Notes: a model not told the origin generated them from the letters alone. 32,000 nt of DNA from Pyrodictium occultum (GCF_001462395.1 NZ_LNTB01000001.1:120001-152000); one strand, 5' to 3'; shown: positions 17,412 through 25,720, numbered from the stretch's first letter. Program-made: numbers and translations.

Positions 17412-18656
17412 GTGCAGCGGGAGGCCATGCCTCCACCGGAGAGGCAGGCGGGCATAGTAGGGAAGACAAACGTGGGCAAGTCAACCTTCTTCGCAGCCGC
17501 CACGCTGGCCACAGTGGATATAGGCAACAGGCCCTTCGTCACCCTAGAGCCGAGCACAGGCGTGGGCTACGTGAGGAAACGCTGCGTCCACGTAGAACTC
17601 GGCCTGCCGCGCTGCGAGCCTGCCACCGGCTATTGCATCAACGGGTGGCGCTTCATCCCGGTAAAGCTCATAGACATACCAGGCCTCATCCCCGGGGCTC
17701 ACCAGGGCAAGGGCCTGGGCAACAGGTTCCTCGATGCGATAAGGAGGGCTGACGCGATAATACTTGTGGTAGACGCTTCGGGCTCCACCGATGCCGCAGG
17801 GAACCCCGTGCCTCCAGGCACCTACGACCCCGTCGAGGAGGTGCGCTGGCTAGAGAGGGAGCTGGACGAGTGGATATACGGTATACTACTCGATGGCTGG
17901 GACCGCTTCGCTATGAAGGTCTCGACCACGGGTGTCAGCGTTGTAGAGGCGCTCGCTCAGAGGTTGAGCGGCCTCAGTATAGGGAGAAGCCACGTCGAGA
18001 AAGCCCTGAAGACCAGCGGGCTTGAGGGGAAGAAGCTAACCTCCTGGACGAGGGAGGACCTGCGCAGATTTGCAACAGCTGTGAGGAGGTCTAAGCCAAT
18101 GCTTATAGCGGCTAACAAGGCTGATATACCGGAGGCGGAGGACAACATAAGGAGGATGAGAAGCGAGCTGAGAGACTACATAGTGGTGCCTACCAGCGCG
18201 GCGGCGGAGCTGGCTCTCCGCCGGGCCGCCCGCGCCGGTCTCATAGAGTATGTTCCGGGCGACAGCGATTTCCATATAGTCGACGAGTCCAGGCTCTCGG
18301 AGAAGCAGCTCAAGGCGCTCGAGTATATCCGGGAGAGGGTTCTCCGCAAATGGGGCTCCACCGGGGTCCAGGACGCTATAAACAGGGCGTTCCTGGAGCT
18401 GCTAGACATGATTGTCGTGTACCCTGTTGAGGATGCTAACAAGTATAGCGATTCCCGTGGGAGAATACTCCCCGACGCCTACCTCGTCCCCCGCGGCACC
18501 ACTGCCAGGGAGCTAGCTTACATGATCCACACCGACTTGGGGAGGACATTCCTCTACGCTATCAATGTCAAGACTAAGATCCGTGTAGGGGAGGACTACG
18601 TGCTCCAGGATAACGATGTGATAAAGATCGTGGCGGCGGCCGCCAAGAGGGGCTAG
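17412..18656 (+). CDS. Obg-family (YchF/DRG-like) P-loop GTPase with a C-terminal TGS domain
   Basis: G1 reads GIVGKTNVGKSTFF, G3 and the family motif read IDIPGLIPGAHQGKGLGNRFLDAIRRAD, and G4 reads AANKADI. The C-terminus YVLQDNDVIKIV is TGS-like. ATG 17427 is an alternative start. Confidence 0.82.
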   Translation: MQREAMPPPERQAGIVGKTNVGKSTFFAAATLATVDIGNRPFVTLEPSTGVGYVRKRCVHVELGLPRCEPATGYCINGWRFIPVKLIDIPGLIPGAHQGKGLGNRFLDAIRRADAIILVVDASGSTDAAGNPVPPGTYDPVEEVRWLERELDEWIYGILLDGWDRFAMKVSTTGVSVVEALAQRLSGLSIGRSHVEKALKTSGLEGKKLTSWTREDLRRFATAVRRSKPMLIAANKADIPEAEDNIRRMRSELRDYIVVPTSAAAELALRRAARAGLIEYVPGDSDFHIVDESRLSEKQLKALEYIRERVLRKWGSTGVQDAINRAFLELLDMIVVYPVEDANKYSDSRGRILPDAYLVPRGTTARELAYMIHTDLGRTFLYAINVKTKIRVGEDYVLQDNDVIKIVAAAAKRG

Positions 18657-18827
18657 GAAGGGTCGGACGGGGCGTACCCTTTCGCCACCCCGGCCCCGGC
18701 GCCCCCGGGCCGGCTCGGCCATGCGGGCAGGTCCTCACCCCCTCTAGGGCAGCGGGGCTGTAGTGTTTTTAACAGGGTATACGGCCTAGCCACTCTCTGG
18801 GCTATTAAGGACGGGAAGGGATAGGCG

Positions 18828-19508
18828 ATGGCCCGCGGCCTCTACCACTACCTCCGCGAGACGTGGAAGCAGCGCTACGAGGTACCGGAGCTGGCCGAGC
18901 TATGGAGGCGCCGCCTAATGGAGTGGCGCAGGCAGCCCAGCGTGGTAAGGATAGAGAAGCCTACCAGGCTCGACCGGGCAAGGAGCCTCGGCTACAAGGC
19001 CAAGCAGGGCATCATAGTGGTCAGGGTCCGCGTCCGCAAGGGCGGGCTTAACAGGCCTAGGCCCAATAAGGGCCGCCGCCCCAAGAGGATGGGTGTCTAC
19101 GGTTACGCCCCAGCCAAGTCTACGAGGCTCATCGCGGAGGAGCGTGCGGCCAGGAAGTATCCCAACATGGAGGTTCTCAATAGCTACTACGTGGCGGAGG
19201 ATGGCAAGTACAAGTGGTATGAGGTCATACTTGTAGACCGTAGCCACCCCGCCGTCTGCAGGGACAAGGACCTGGGATGGATATGTGAGAAGCAGCACCG
19301 TGGCCGCGCCTTCCGCGGCCTCACCAGTGCTGGCAAGAAGATGCGCGGGCTCCGGAAGACACGCGGGCTACGCGGCACCCACAAGTACAAGTGGAAGAAG
19401 AAGCAGAAGGAGCGCAGGCTCAAGAAGCGCCACGAGGCCCACCGCGGCGCCAGGCTCATTGCCCCCGACGAGATACGCGAGAAGTACCACCGCGGCGACC
19501 TCCAGTAG
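18828..19508 (+). CDS. rpl15e: 50S ribosomal protein L15e (eL15)
   Basis: [14 protein letters not shown] ... [27 protein letters not shown] ... YEVILVD ... RGLTSAGKK is canonical L15e with a lysine/arginine-rich tail. Confidence 0.93.
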   Translation: MARGLYHYLRETWKQRYEVPELAELWRRRLMEWRRQPSVVRIEKPTRLDRARSLGYKAKQGIIVVRVRVRKGGLNRPRPNKGRRPKRMGVYGYAPAKSTRLIAEERAARKYPNMEVLNSYYVAEDGKYKWYEVILVDRSHPAVCRDKDLGWICEKQHRGRAFRGLTSAGKKMRGLRKTRGLRGTHKYKWKKKQKERRLKKRHEAHRGARLIAPDEIREKYHRGDLQ

Positions 19509-19529
19509 CCTCCTACGCGGGCTGCTGCA

Positions 19530-19537
19530 GGTTTTTG
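19530..19537 (+). terminator. Oligo-T tract (GTTTTTG) downstream of rpl15e
   Basis: A T5 run lies 24 nt after the rpl15e stop. Archaeal terminators are typically oligo-T. The assignment is positional only. Confidence 0.3.
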
Positions 19538-19689
19538 CGTGCGCTAGCCTCTCTCCCGCACTTTCCCTCTGCCGGCCTCTCCCGGGTTACTGAGGGATTT
19601 TACCCCTACAGGGCTGGTGCCTGGAGGATCCCGGCAGGCAGCTTAGCGCTCTAGCCACGGGCCCTGGCCGCTTGGAGGCGTAGAAGCAG

Positions 19690-20145
19690 ATGGGTATGCC
19701 TACAAGGGTTATCAGAGTAGAGATAGCAGCCCATGCCCATGCCACGGAGGATGTGGAGAGAGTTGAGCAGGCAGTGCTCAATATTGTTCCTGAAGGCCTC
19801 AGAGGCAGGGTGAAGCTCGAGACCCGTACAGTGGAGGGCCACTACAACAACCCGATAACAAGGATCGTGGCGAGAATCGAGGGAAGGGACGCGGAGGAGT
19901 TTGTCCGGGGCCTAGCCAGGAGGCTTGATGAGCAGAGCAGGAGAATACTGGCAATGATGCTGGAGAACCGCTACGACCAGAGGCAGGGGAAATTCTACCT
20001 AAGGTTCAGCAAGCAGGACGCCTTCCTGGGCGAGCTGAGGCTCCACGACGGCGACGACGTGGTCCACGTGGTGATAACGCTCCGCGGCTCTCCGAGCCCA
20101 GAGAAGGCTCTCAAAGCCCTAGAGGAGCTGGGGCTTAAGGCTTGA
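19690..20145 (+). CDS. Conserved archaeal protein of the exosome superoperon (COG1325-like predicted RNA-binding protein)
   Basis: The 151-aa protein starts ...IRVEIAAHAHATEDVERVEQAVLNIVPE, typical of this small family. Its conserved position is between rpl15e and RNase P Rpp30, and its stop overlaps the next start (TTGA). Confidence 0.6.
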   Translation: MGMPTRVIRVEIAAHAHATEDVERVEQAVLNIVPEGLRGRVKLETRTVEGHYNNPITRIVARIEGRDAEEFVRGLARRLDEQSRRILAMMLENRYDQRQGKFYLRFSKQDAFLGELRLHDGDDVVHVVITLRGSPSPEKALKALEELGLKA

Positions 20146-20807
20146 AGTACATAGACCTATGCCTAAGGCCGCGCAGCTCTAAAGACGCGGCGGAGATGGC
20201 ATCTATGGCAGGCGTCATGGGGTATAGGGTCGTCGCTGTAGAGGCGGGGGACCCTGAGCACGCCAGGGAATACGCCAGGATCTTCCGGGAGGAGGGTATC
20301 GAGGCTCTCACCCGCGCCACGGTAGAGGCCGAGTCTTGGAGCAAGGCGGTGGGCCTAGTCAGGAGGCTTGCTCAGAGCTTTGACCTTGTGGCGGTGAAGC
20401 CCAGGACTGCTGAGGCGGCACGGCTGGCGGCCAGGCATCCTCGTATTGCCCTAGTAGTGCTGCCGCCGGGCATGGCCAGGTACATGGATAAGAGCCAGGC
20501 GCATCTCCTCCGCGAGGGAGGCGCAGCGGTGGAGATCCAGCTCCACCTCCTCCTCCATGGCGGTGACCCCCGCGGCGGGCTCCGCGGCTCCATGATCATA
20601 GCTAGGAGGGCCGCAGCCTACGAGGCCCCCTTCACCGTCACTAGCTGTGCTAGGACCCGGTGGGAGATGTGGCACCCCCGCGTGGTGCAGGCTCTCCTGG
20701 CAGCCTTTGGGCTGCCAGAGCTTGTGGCCAGGCTCGCGGTAACCGGATACCCGGCCGCTGTTGTGAACGCTAAGGCTAGGCGCCTCGACGCCAGCGGGGC
20801 TGCGTAG
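20142..20807 (+). CDS. rnp3: Ribonuclease P protein component 3 (Rpp30 homologue)
   Basis: MKYIDLCLRP... is followed by TIM/PHP-like alternating beta-alpha segments (YRVVAVE, FDLVAVKP, IALVVLP, AVEIQL). The product is 221 aa in the conserved superoperon position before Pop5. Confidence 0.75.
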   Translation: MKYIDLCLRPRSSKDAAEMASMAGVMGYRVVAVEAGDPEHAREYARIFREEGIEALTRATVEAESWSKAVGLVRRLAQSFDLVAVKPRTAEAARLAARHPRIALVVLPPGMARYMDKSQAHLLREGGAAVEIQLHLLLHGGDPRGGLRGSMIIARRAAAYEAPFTVTSCARTRWEMWHPRVVQALLAAFGLPELVARLAVTGYPAAVVNAKARRLDASGAA

Positions 20808-20810
20808 GCC

Positions 20811-21362
20811 TTGGACCCCTCCCTCGCCGCTCCAGCGGCTCTCGCCGCCTTGGTGGCAGGGCTCGCGGCATGGTGTAGCCTCTGGAGGAGGCGCCTTGAG
20901 GACCGGTATAGGATGCTTGAGGAGAGGCTGAAGGCTGTATCCAGGGAGATGGACAGGGTGCTGAAGGCTGCCAGCTACGCGCTCCAGAGCATGGAGGCCG
21001 AGGAGTTCCTGGAGAGGTTGCGTAGGAAGAGGCGGCGCCGCTACATAGCCTTCTACATAGTCTACGAGGGCGATGAGCCCCCCTCGCCCGAGGAGGTCGA
21101 GCAAGCGGTGAAGAGGGCCGTAGAGAGGCTGGCAGGCCAGCTAACAGTTGCCCTCTCGCGGCTCCAGCTAGTCTACTACGACCCCGAGAGAGCCGCCGGG
21201 GTGCTCAGAGCATCTCATGACACCAAGTACCTGGTGCTGGCCGCTCTCGGGCTCGTGAGGCGCGTTGGGGGCCGACGCGCGGTGATAATCCCCGTGAGGA
21301 CTAGCGGCACTATAAAGAGGGCTAAGCAGGCTCTTGCAGCTGACAAGCGGAGGCAGGTATGA
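20811..21362 (+). CDS. rnp2: Ribonuclease P protein component 2 (Pop5 homologue), with an in-frame ~60-aa N-terminal extension in the open frame
   Basis: The Pop5 core begins at KRRRRYIAFYIVYEGDEPPSPEEVEQAVKRAVERLAG...LVYYD...GVLRASHD...IIPVRTSGTIKRAK. The ATG at 20991 would give a normal ~123-aa Pop5. The TTG at 20811 gives 183 aa. Confidence 0.75.
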   Translation: MDPSLAAPAALAALVAGLAAWCSLWRRRLEDRYRMLEERLKAVSREMDRVLKAASYALQSMEAEEFLERLRRKRRRRYIAFYIVYEGDEPPSPEEVEQAVKRAVERLAGQLTVALSRLQLVYYDPERAAGVLRASHDTKYLVLAALGLVRRVGGRRAVIIPVRTSGTIKRAKQALAADKRRQV

Positions 21363-22132
21363 GGGCTGTGGGTGCACGGCCATACACGGTTATATTCTCG
21401 ACAGCCACCGTCGACGGGAGGATAGCATCCTCAACAGGCTACAGCATGCTGAGCTGCAGCTACGACTTGACGAGGCTCCGCTTGCTCCGCGGCGCCGCCG
21501 AGGCGGTGATGGTGGGGGCGTCCACCGTTCTGCTAGATAACCCCTCTCTCAGGAAGAGGCTCGAGCCCCGCAGCGACCGGTACTACCGGGTGGTGGTTGA
21601 CGGGCGGCTTCGGATCCACGAGGATCTACGCCTCCTCCGGGAGCCGGGGCCGCCGGTCATAGTGTTCACGGCCACCCGTGACCCTGAGAAGATTAGGCGC
21701 CTAGAGTCCCGTGGGGCCCGCGTCCACCTAGTCGGGGATGACGGCGTCATTGACCTCGGGGAGGCCATGAGGATACTTGTGACAGTGTACGGTGTCCGCC
21801 GGCTGCTTGTCGAGGGCGGGGGAGTGCTCAACTATAGCATGCTAAGGGAGGGCCTCGTGGACGAGCTTAGGGTAACCTACACCCCCTACGTATTCGCCGC
21901 GGGGAGGAGCGTGGTCGACGATCCAGAGGCCCGGGGCTTCGCCACAACCAGCGAGTCCCCCAGGCTGAGGCTAGTATGCATGGAGAAATGCCCCTGCGGC
22001 AACTGCGTCCATGCAGCCTACCGGGTGGAGTCTACCTGCTGCCCCCCTGCCTCCGGGCCCTACATAGAACCCTGCCTCTCCCAGAAGCTTAGAGGGCTTA
22101 CAACGAGGGCTGAGCAGCTCTACGAGTGGTGA
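21359..22132 (+). CDS. arfC: 2,5-diamino-6-ribosylamino-4(3H)-pyrimidinone 5'-phosphate reductase (RibD C-terminal-domain family, ArfC type) with a Cys-rich C-terminal tail
   Basis: RPYTVIFSTATVDGRIAS, AVMVGASTVLLDNPSL and RRLLVEGGGVLNYSMLREGLVDELRVTYTPYVF are reductase-domain motifs. No deaminase domain is present. The start overlaps the Pop5 stop (ATGA). Confidence 0.82.
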   Translation: MRAVGARPYTVIFSTATVDGRIASSTGYSMLSCSYDLTRLRLLRGAAEAVMVGASTVLLDNPSLRKRLEPRSDRYYRVVVDGRLRIHEDLRLLREPGPPVIVFTATRDPEKIRRLESRGARVHLVGDDGVIDLGEAMRILVTVYGVRRLLVEGGGVLNYSMLREGLVDELRVTYTPYVFAAGRSVVDDPEARGFATTSESPRLRLVCMEKCPCGNCVHAAYRVESTCCPPASGPYIEPCLSQKLRGLTTRAEQLYEW

Positions 22133-22138
22133 ACGGGA

Positions 22139-22876
22139 ATGCCGCTGCTGGTCGGTGTGATAGCGCTGCTAGGGTACAGGGAGTGGACCGAGAGCCTAGG
22201 CTATGACAGAGAGTGGGCCATCCAGGGGAGGCAGGCCGCCATATACCGGGCCGCCGTGGAGGCTGCAGCCCTGCATGGAGGCCACGTCATCCCGGCCAGC
22301 CACGATATAATGATCGCGCTGCTGAACGGTGTGCCCCTCAGGGCGGTGGAGAGCCTATACAAGGCCATGTCCCGAGAGTCCCCGGTCCCCGTGGCCATTA
22401 GGGTTACCAGCACCAGCCGCCCCGGCTGGAGCATGCCCCCTCTCGAGCCGGGTGTAGTCTTTGACGGGGAGCCGGAGGAGCCCGGCTCGGAAGTGGCAGC
22501 GATACATATAGACATGAACGGTGTCAGCTCGGAGAGACTCCGCAAGGGCTTCATAACCCCGTTCGCCGAGGTTGCGAAGCTTCACGCCCGGCTCGTGGAG
22601 AAGGCTCTGCCCAGGGGCTACATACCGGGCTATCTGGGCGGCGACAACCTGGTAGTTTTTGCACCAGCGGAGGAGCTTGAAGAAGCCCTGGAGCTTGTCC
22701 AGAGGCTCATAGATGGCGGAGGCTACAAGCTCGGTGTCGGCGTCGCCGCGTCGCCTAGGGAAGCGCTCGCCCGCGCCGCCCACGCGTTATCCGTGATAAG
22801 GAGTAGGAGGGACCTCAGCCTCTACATAATCGGGCCCGGGGAAAAGCCAGCGCTCAGGAGCCCGGGCCGCTGCTAA
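22139..22876 (+). CDS. arfA: GTP cyclohydrolase III (ArfA type)
   Basis: VAAIHIDMNGVS, YLGGDNLVVFAP and KLGVGVAASPREA match the corresponding blocks of the Methanocaldococcus enzyme as I recall it (IAHIDINN, FIGGDNFMAP, KAGIGIG). The product is 245 aa. Confidence 0.75.
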   Translation: MPLLVGVIALLGYREWTESLGYDREWAIQGRQAAIYRAAVEAAALHGGHVIPASHDIMIALLNGVPLRAVESLYKAMSRESPVPVAIRVTSTSRPGWSMPPLEPGVVFDGEPEEPGSEVAAIHIDMNGVSSERLRKGFITPFAEVAKLHARLVEKALPRGYIPGYLGGDNLVVFAPAEELEEALELVQRLIDGGGYKLGVGVAASPREALARAAHALSVIRSRRDLSLYIIGPGEKPALRSPGRC

Positions 22877-22929
22877 CTCCAGGGAGCCCACGCGCCCTAG
22901 AAGGCTCTCCGCGGGGTGCATGCAGGGTC

Positions 22930-23643
22930 TTGGCGGGCAGCCTGGATGAGGCTCTCGAGGCTCTCCGCAGGGGCCTCCCAGTGCTAGTCCACGATGACGA
23001 GGCCCGCGAGAACGAGGTAGACTACGTTATACATGCCTCAAGGGTTACAGTGGACCACATCTACGAGATGCGGATGCTAGCGGGAGGCCTCATCTGCTAC
23101 GCCATGCCGCTCCAGGCCGGCAGGCTCCTCGGGCTGCGCTACGGCTACGAGATCATAGCAAGTATACCGGAGCTGGCGCCGCTGGCCAGCCGCACCCTGG
23201 GGTACGGCGACCAGCCAGCCTTCTCCATATGGGTTAACAGCGTGCGCGCGAGGACCGGTATACGGGACCGCGACCGAGCCACCACTATAAGGGAGCTGGA
23301 CCGGGTGCTCTCGATGATTGTGGATGGCAGGGTGGGGGAGGCCCGCCGCTACTTCCTGGAGAACTTCGTGGCGCCCGGCCACGTGCCCATACTCCTGGGC
23401 CGTAGGCTCCGCGAGAGAAGGGGGCATACGGAGCTCTCCCTCCACCTGGCAATGCTGGCTGGGATGACGCCTTCAGTCGTAGTGGTGGAGATGCTTTCAA
23501 AGGGGGATGTCCTCAGCGTTGAGGAGGCAGGGAGACTCGCCAGGGAAAAGGGGATCCCCCTGGTCGAGGGTAGCGAGATAATAGACCTGGTGGAGAGGCT
23601 TGGTGAAGATCTGTATTGTAGATACAACCTTTGCCAGGGTTGA
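22930..23643 (+). CDS. ribB: 3,4-dihydroxy-2-butanone 4-phosphate synthase
   Basis: EALRRGLPVLVHDDEARENEVDYVIHAS ... GHTELSLHLAMLAGMTP are DHBPS motifs. It has a TTG start. Confidence 0.88.
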   Translation: MAGSLDEALEALRRGLPVLVHDDEARENEVDYVIHASRVTVDHIYEMRMLAGGLICYAMPLQAGRLLGLRYGYEIIASIPELAPLASRTLGYGDQPAFSIWVNSVRARTGIRDRDRATTIRELDRVLSMIVDGRVGEARRYFLENFVAPGHVPILLGRRLRERRGHTELSLHLAMLAGMTPSVVVVEMLSKGDVLSVEEAGRLAREKGIPLVEGSEIIDLVERLGEDLYCRYNLCQG

Positions 23644-24067
23644 CATGGCTAGGCACGCTATAGACGTGCTCCTAAACCTGATGCCGGGCGCCAGGATAGT
23701 GCGCCGCACCGTGCCGGGTATTAAGGACATACCAGTAGAGATCAAGAGGCTGATGAAGAAGGAGGACTGTGATGCAGGCATGGTTTTCGGCTGGGTGGGC
23801 AGGACGCTTAACGATAAGATAAGCTACGGGGTCTACAGCCTGGCCATGCAGCTTGTCCAGCTCGAGCTCGAGAAGCATATAATAGATGTAACCGTCCACG
23901 AGGACGAGGCCGAGAGCGAGGAGGAGCTATACCGGATAGCCGTTGACCGGGCGCGGAAGCATGCGGAGAACCTCTACCTGCTCCTCTACCGCCCCGACGT
24001 TCTCACCGAGCGCGCCGGGACGGGGAGGAGGCAGGGCTATCCAGACGCAGGCCCGATAACATGGTAA
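23600..24067 (+). CDS. ribC: Riboflavin synthase, archaeal type
   Basis: KICIVDTTFARVDMARHAIDVL is the signature N-terminus of archaeal (lumazine-synthase-like) riboflavin synthase. The product is 155 aa and overlaps ribB by 44 nt. Confidence 0.85.
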   Translation: MVKICIVDTTFARVDMARHAIDVLLNLMPGARIVRRTVPGIKDIPVEIKRLMKKEDCDAGMVFGWVGRTLNDKISYGVYSLAMQLVQLELEKHIIDVTVHEDEAESEEELYRIAVDRARKHAENLYLLLYRPDVLTERAGTGRRQGYPDAGPITW

Positions 24068-24081
24068 CCCCTGGGCTCCTC

Positions 24082-24089
24082 CTTAAAAT
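24082..24089 (+). promoter_or_regulatory. TATA-like box (CTTAAAAT) in front of ribH
   Basis: It is the only A/T-rich octamer in the ribC-ribH gap. Its centre is ~35 nt before the ribH TTG (24121), compatible with a short-leader transcript covering ribH and the amidohydrolase. Confidence 0.35.
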
Positions 24090-24120
24090 CCTCGGGCGTA
24101 GCGCCTAGCCTCGGGGTGTC

Positions 24121-24594
24121 TTGAGAGTGGCTGCGGGGGAGGGAGTGAGGCTGGCTATAGTGGTGTCCGAGTTCAACCACGATGTCACCTACCTTATGCT
24201 CCAGCGCGCGCTCAGCCACGCCAAGTTCCTCGGGGCCACGGTAACCTATGTGGCTAGGGCGCCGGGCGCCTACGATATGCCCCTCCTGGTTGAGAAGCTG
24301 CTTCGCAAGGACGATGTAGACGCTGTCGTGGCCCTCGGCGCCATAATAACCGGCGCCACCAAGCACGACGAGGTTATAGCGCATCAGATAGCCAGGAAGC
24401 TCATGGACCTCGCGGAGAAGTATGGGAAGCCTGTCACCCTCGGAATCTCCGGCCCCGGGATGAACAGGATGCAGGCGCTTGAGCGCGTCGACGACTATGC
24501 GCGCCGCTCAGTGGAGGCCGCCGTCAAGCTAGTGAGGAGGCTTAGGGCGCTTGATGAGGCCCAGTACGAGGGGGAGACGGTCTACATCGAGTAA
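24121..24594 (+). CDS. ribH: 6,7-dimethyl-8-ribityllumazine synthase
   Basis: RLAIVVSEFNHDVTYLML, APGAYDMPLLVEKLL and VVALGAIITGATKHDEVIAHQ are lumazine synthase motifs. Confidence 0.9.
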   Translation: MRVAAGEGVRLAIVVSEFNHDVTYLMLQRALSHAKFLGATVTYVARAPGAYDMPLLVEKLLRKDDVDAVVALGAIITGATKHDEVIAHQIARKLMDLAEKYGKPVTLGISGPGMNRMQALERVDDYARRSVEAAVKLVRRLRALDEAQYEGETVYIE

Positions 24595-24598
24595 GAGT

Positions 24599-25720
24599 GT
24601 GCAGGTGGAGGTGCTGGCCGCCCTAGCCGGCGGCGAGCTCGAGCCAGTGAGCAGGCCATGCATAGACCTGGACGACGAGGGCGTGGTAAGAGGCCTGGGG
24701 AAGGGCTGCAGCCCCTCGAGACGGCTGCTCCCGGGGGTTGTCGTCCTCCCAGCGCTCTGCAACGCTCATCTCCACATACTCGACGCCTCTATAGCCGAGG
24801 CCGGGGAGACGCTGCCTCTCAACGAGCTGGTGGAGCTGCCCACGGGGCTGAAGTACCGGCTCCTTTCCAGCCTAGGCGACGAGGAGATAGCTGAGAGGGC
24901 CTCCACGGTCGCCGCCCGCGCTGCATCGGAGGGGGCGCTGTACGCCGGCGTCTACGCCGAGCTGGGGGCGAGGGGCGTAGAGCTGGTCAGGAAGATAATG
25001 TCCGCGCCCGGCTCCTCGGCCAGGATACTGGCCCAGCCGGAGTCGAAGAGCCTGGAGGCCTACAGCCGGCTCCTCCGCGAGGTGGGAGGCGTCGGGCTGG
25101 ACACGGCCCTCGACCTCGCCCCCTGGGAGCTTAAACAGCTCGCCGGCGAGGCGAGGCGCATAGGCGGCCACGTGCACGTGCACGTATCCGAGACACCTGA
25201 GCTCTACCGTTCCAGGGACTACGAGCTGGTCCTCGAGACCCGGCCCTCCGCAGCCATCCATCTCACTTACCTGAGCCCCGAGGAGCTGACGGAGCTGGCC
25301 AGGGCCGGGATAGGCTTGGTCTTCTGCCCCCGTTCCAACATGTACCACCTGGGCCGGCTCCCGGCGCTAAGCCTCATCCCGGCCCTGGCCAGGGAGACCA
25401 TGGTGGCGCTCGGCACCGATAACGCCGCCTGGGTACCCCCTAGGGTTGCGGAGGAGATGGCGTTCGCGTACATAGCCGCCCACTCGCCCGGCAGAAGCAG
25501 CGCCGAGGCCCTGGCCGAGACACTCCTTCGGGCAGCCACCCTGGACTGTGCTAGGCTCCTCGGCCTGGAGGCGGCGGCGGTGGAGGAAGGCGCCCCCGCA
25601 GACAGGCTCCTGGCGGCTGCGCTCCCCGAGGCCCAGTGGAGCGGCTCGCTCCGGGTCACCCTGGTGAAGAGGCTCTCCGGCGCCCCAGTATCGATTCTAC
25701 AAGCTCTTCTAGCCGGGTGA
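24599..25720 (+). CDS. Amidohydrolase-superfamily protein with the deaminase-type catalytic set (guanine/cytosine-deaminase / TRZ-ATZ-like branch)
   Basis: The track ORF starts at 24551 inside ribH. GTG 24599, 4 nt after the ribH stop, is the likely start. The motifs (track numbering) are NAHLH (H73, H75), HVHVSE (H211-x-x-E214), AIHLTY (H237) and LGTDNAA (D290). Confidence 0.75.
   Translation: MQVEVLAALAGGELEPVSRPCIDLDDEGVVRGLGKGCSPSRRLLPGVVVLPALCNAHLHILDASIAEAGETLPLNELVELPTGLKYRLLSSLGDEEIAERASTVAARAASEGALYAGVYAELGARGVELVRKIMSAPGSSARILAQPESKSLEAYSRLLREVGGVGLDTALDLAPWELKQLAGEARRIGGHVHVHVSETPELYRSRDYELVLETRPSAAIHLTYLSPEELTELARAGIGLVFCPRSNMYHLGRLPALSLIPALARETMVALGTDNAAWVPPRVAEEMAFAYIAAHSPGRSSAEALAETLLRAATLDCARLLGLEAAAVEEGAPADRLLAAALPEAQWSGSLRVTLVKRLSGAPVSILQALLAG

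Noticed and set aside
18828-19508. L15e is somewhat long (226 aa) with a basic C-terminal tail.
   Set aside because: Crenarchaeal L15e proteins are commonly longer than euryarchaeal ones, with Lys/Arg-rich tails. Nothing suggests a fusion or frameshift.
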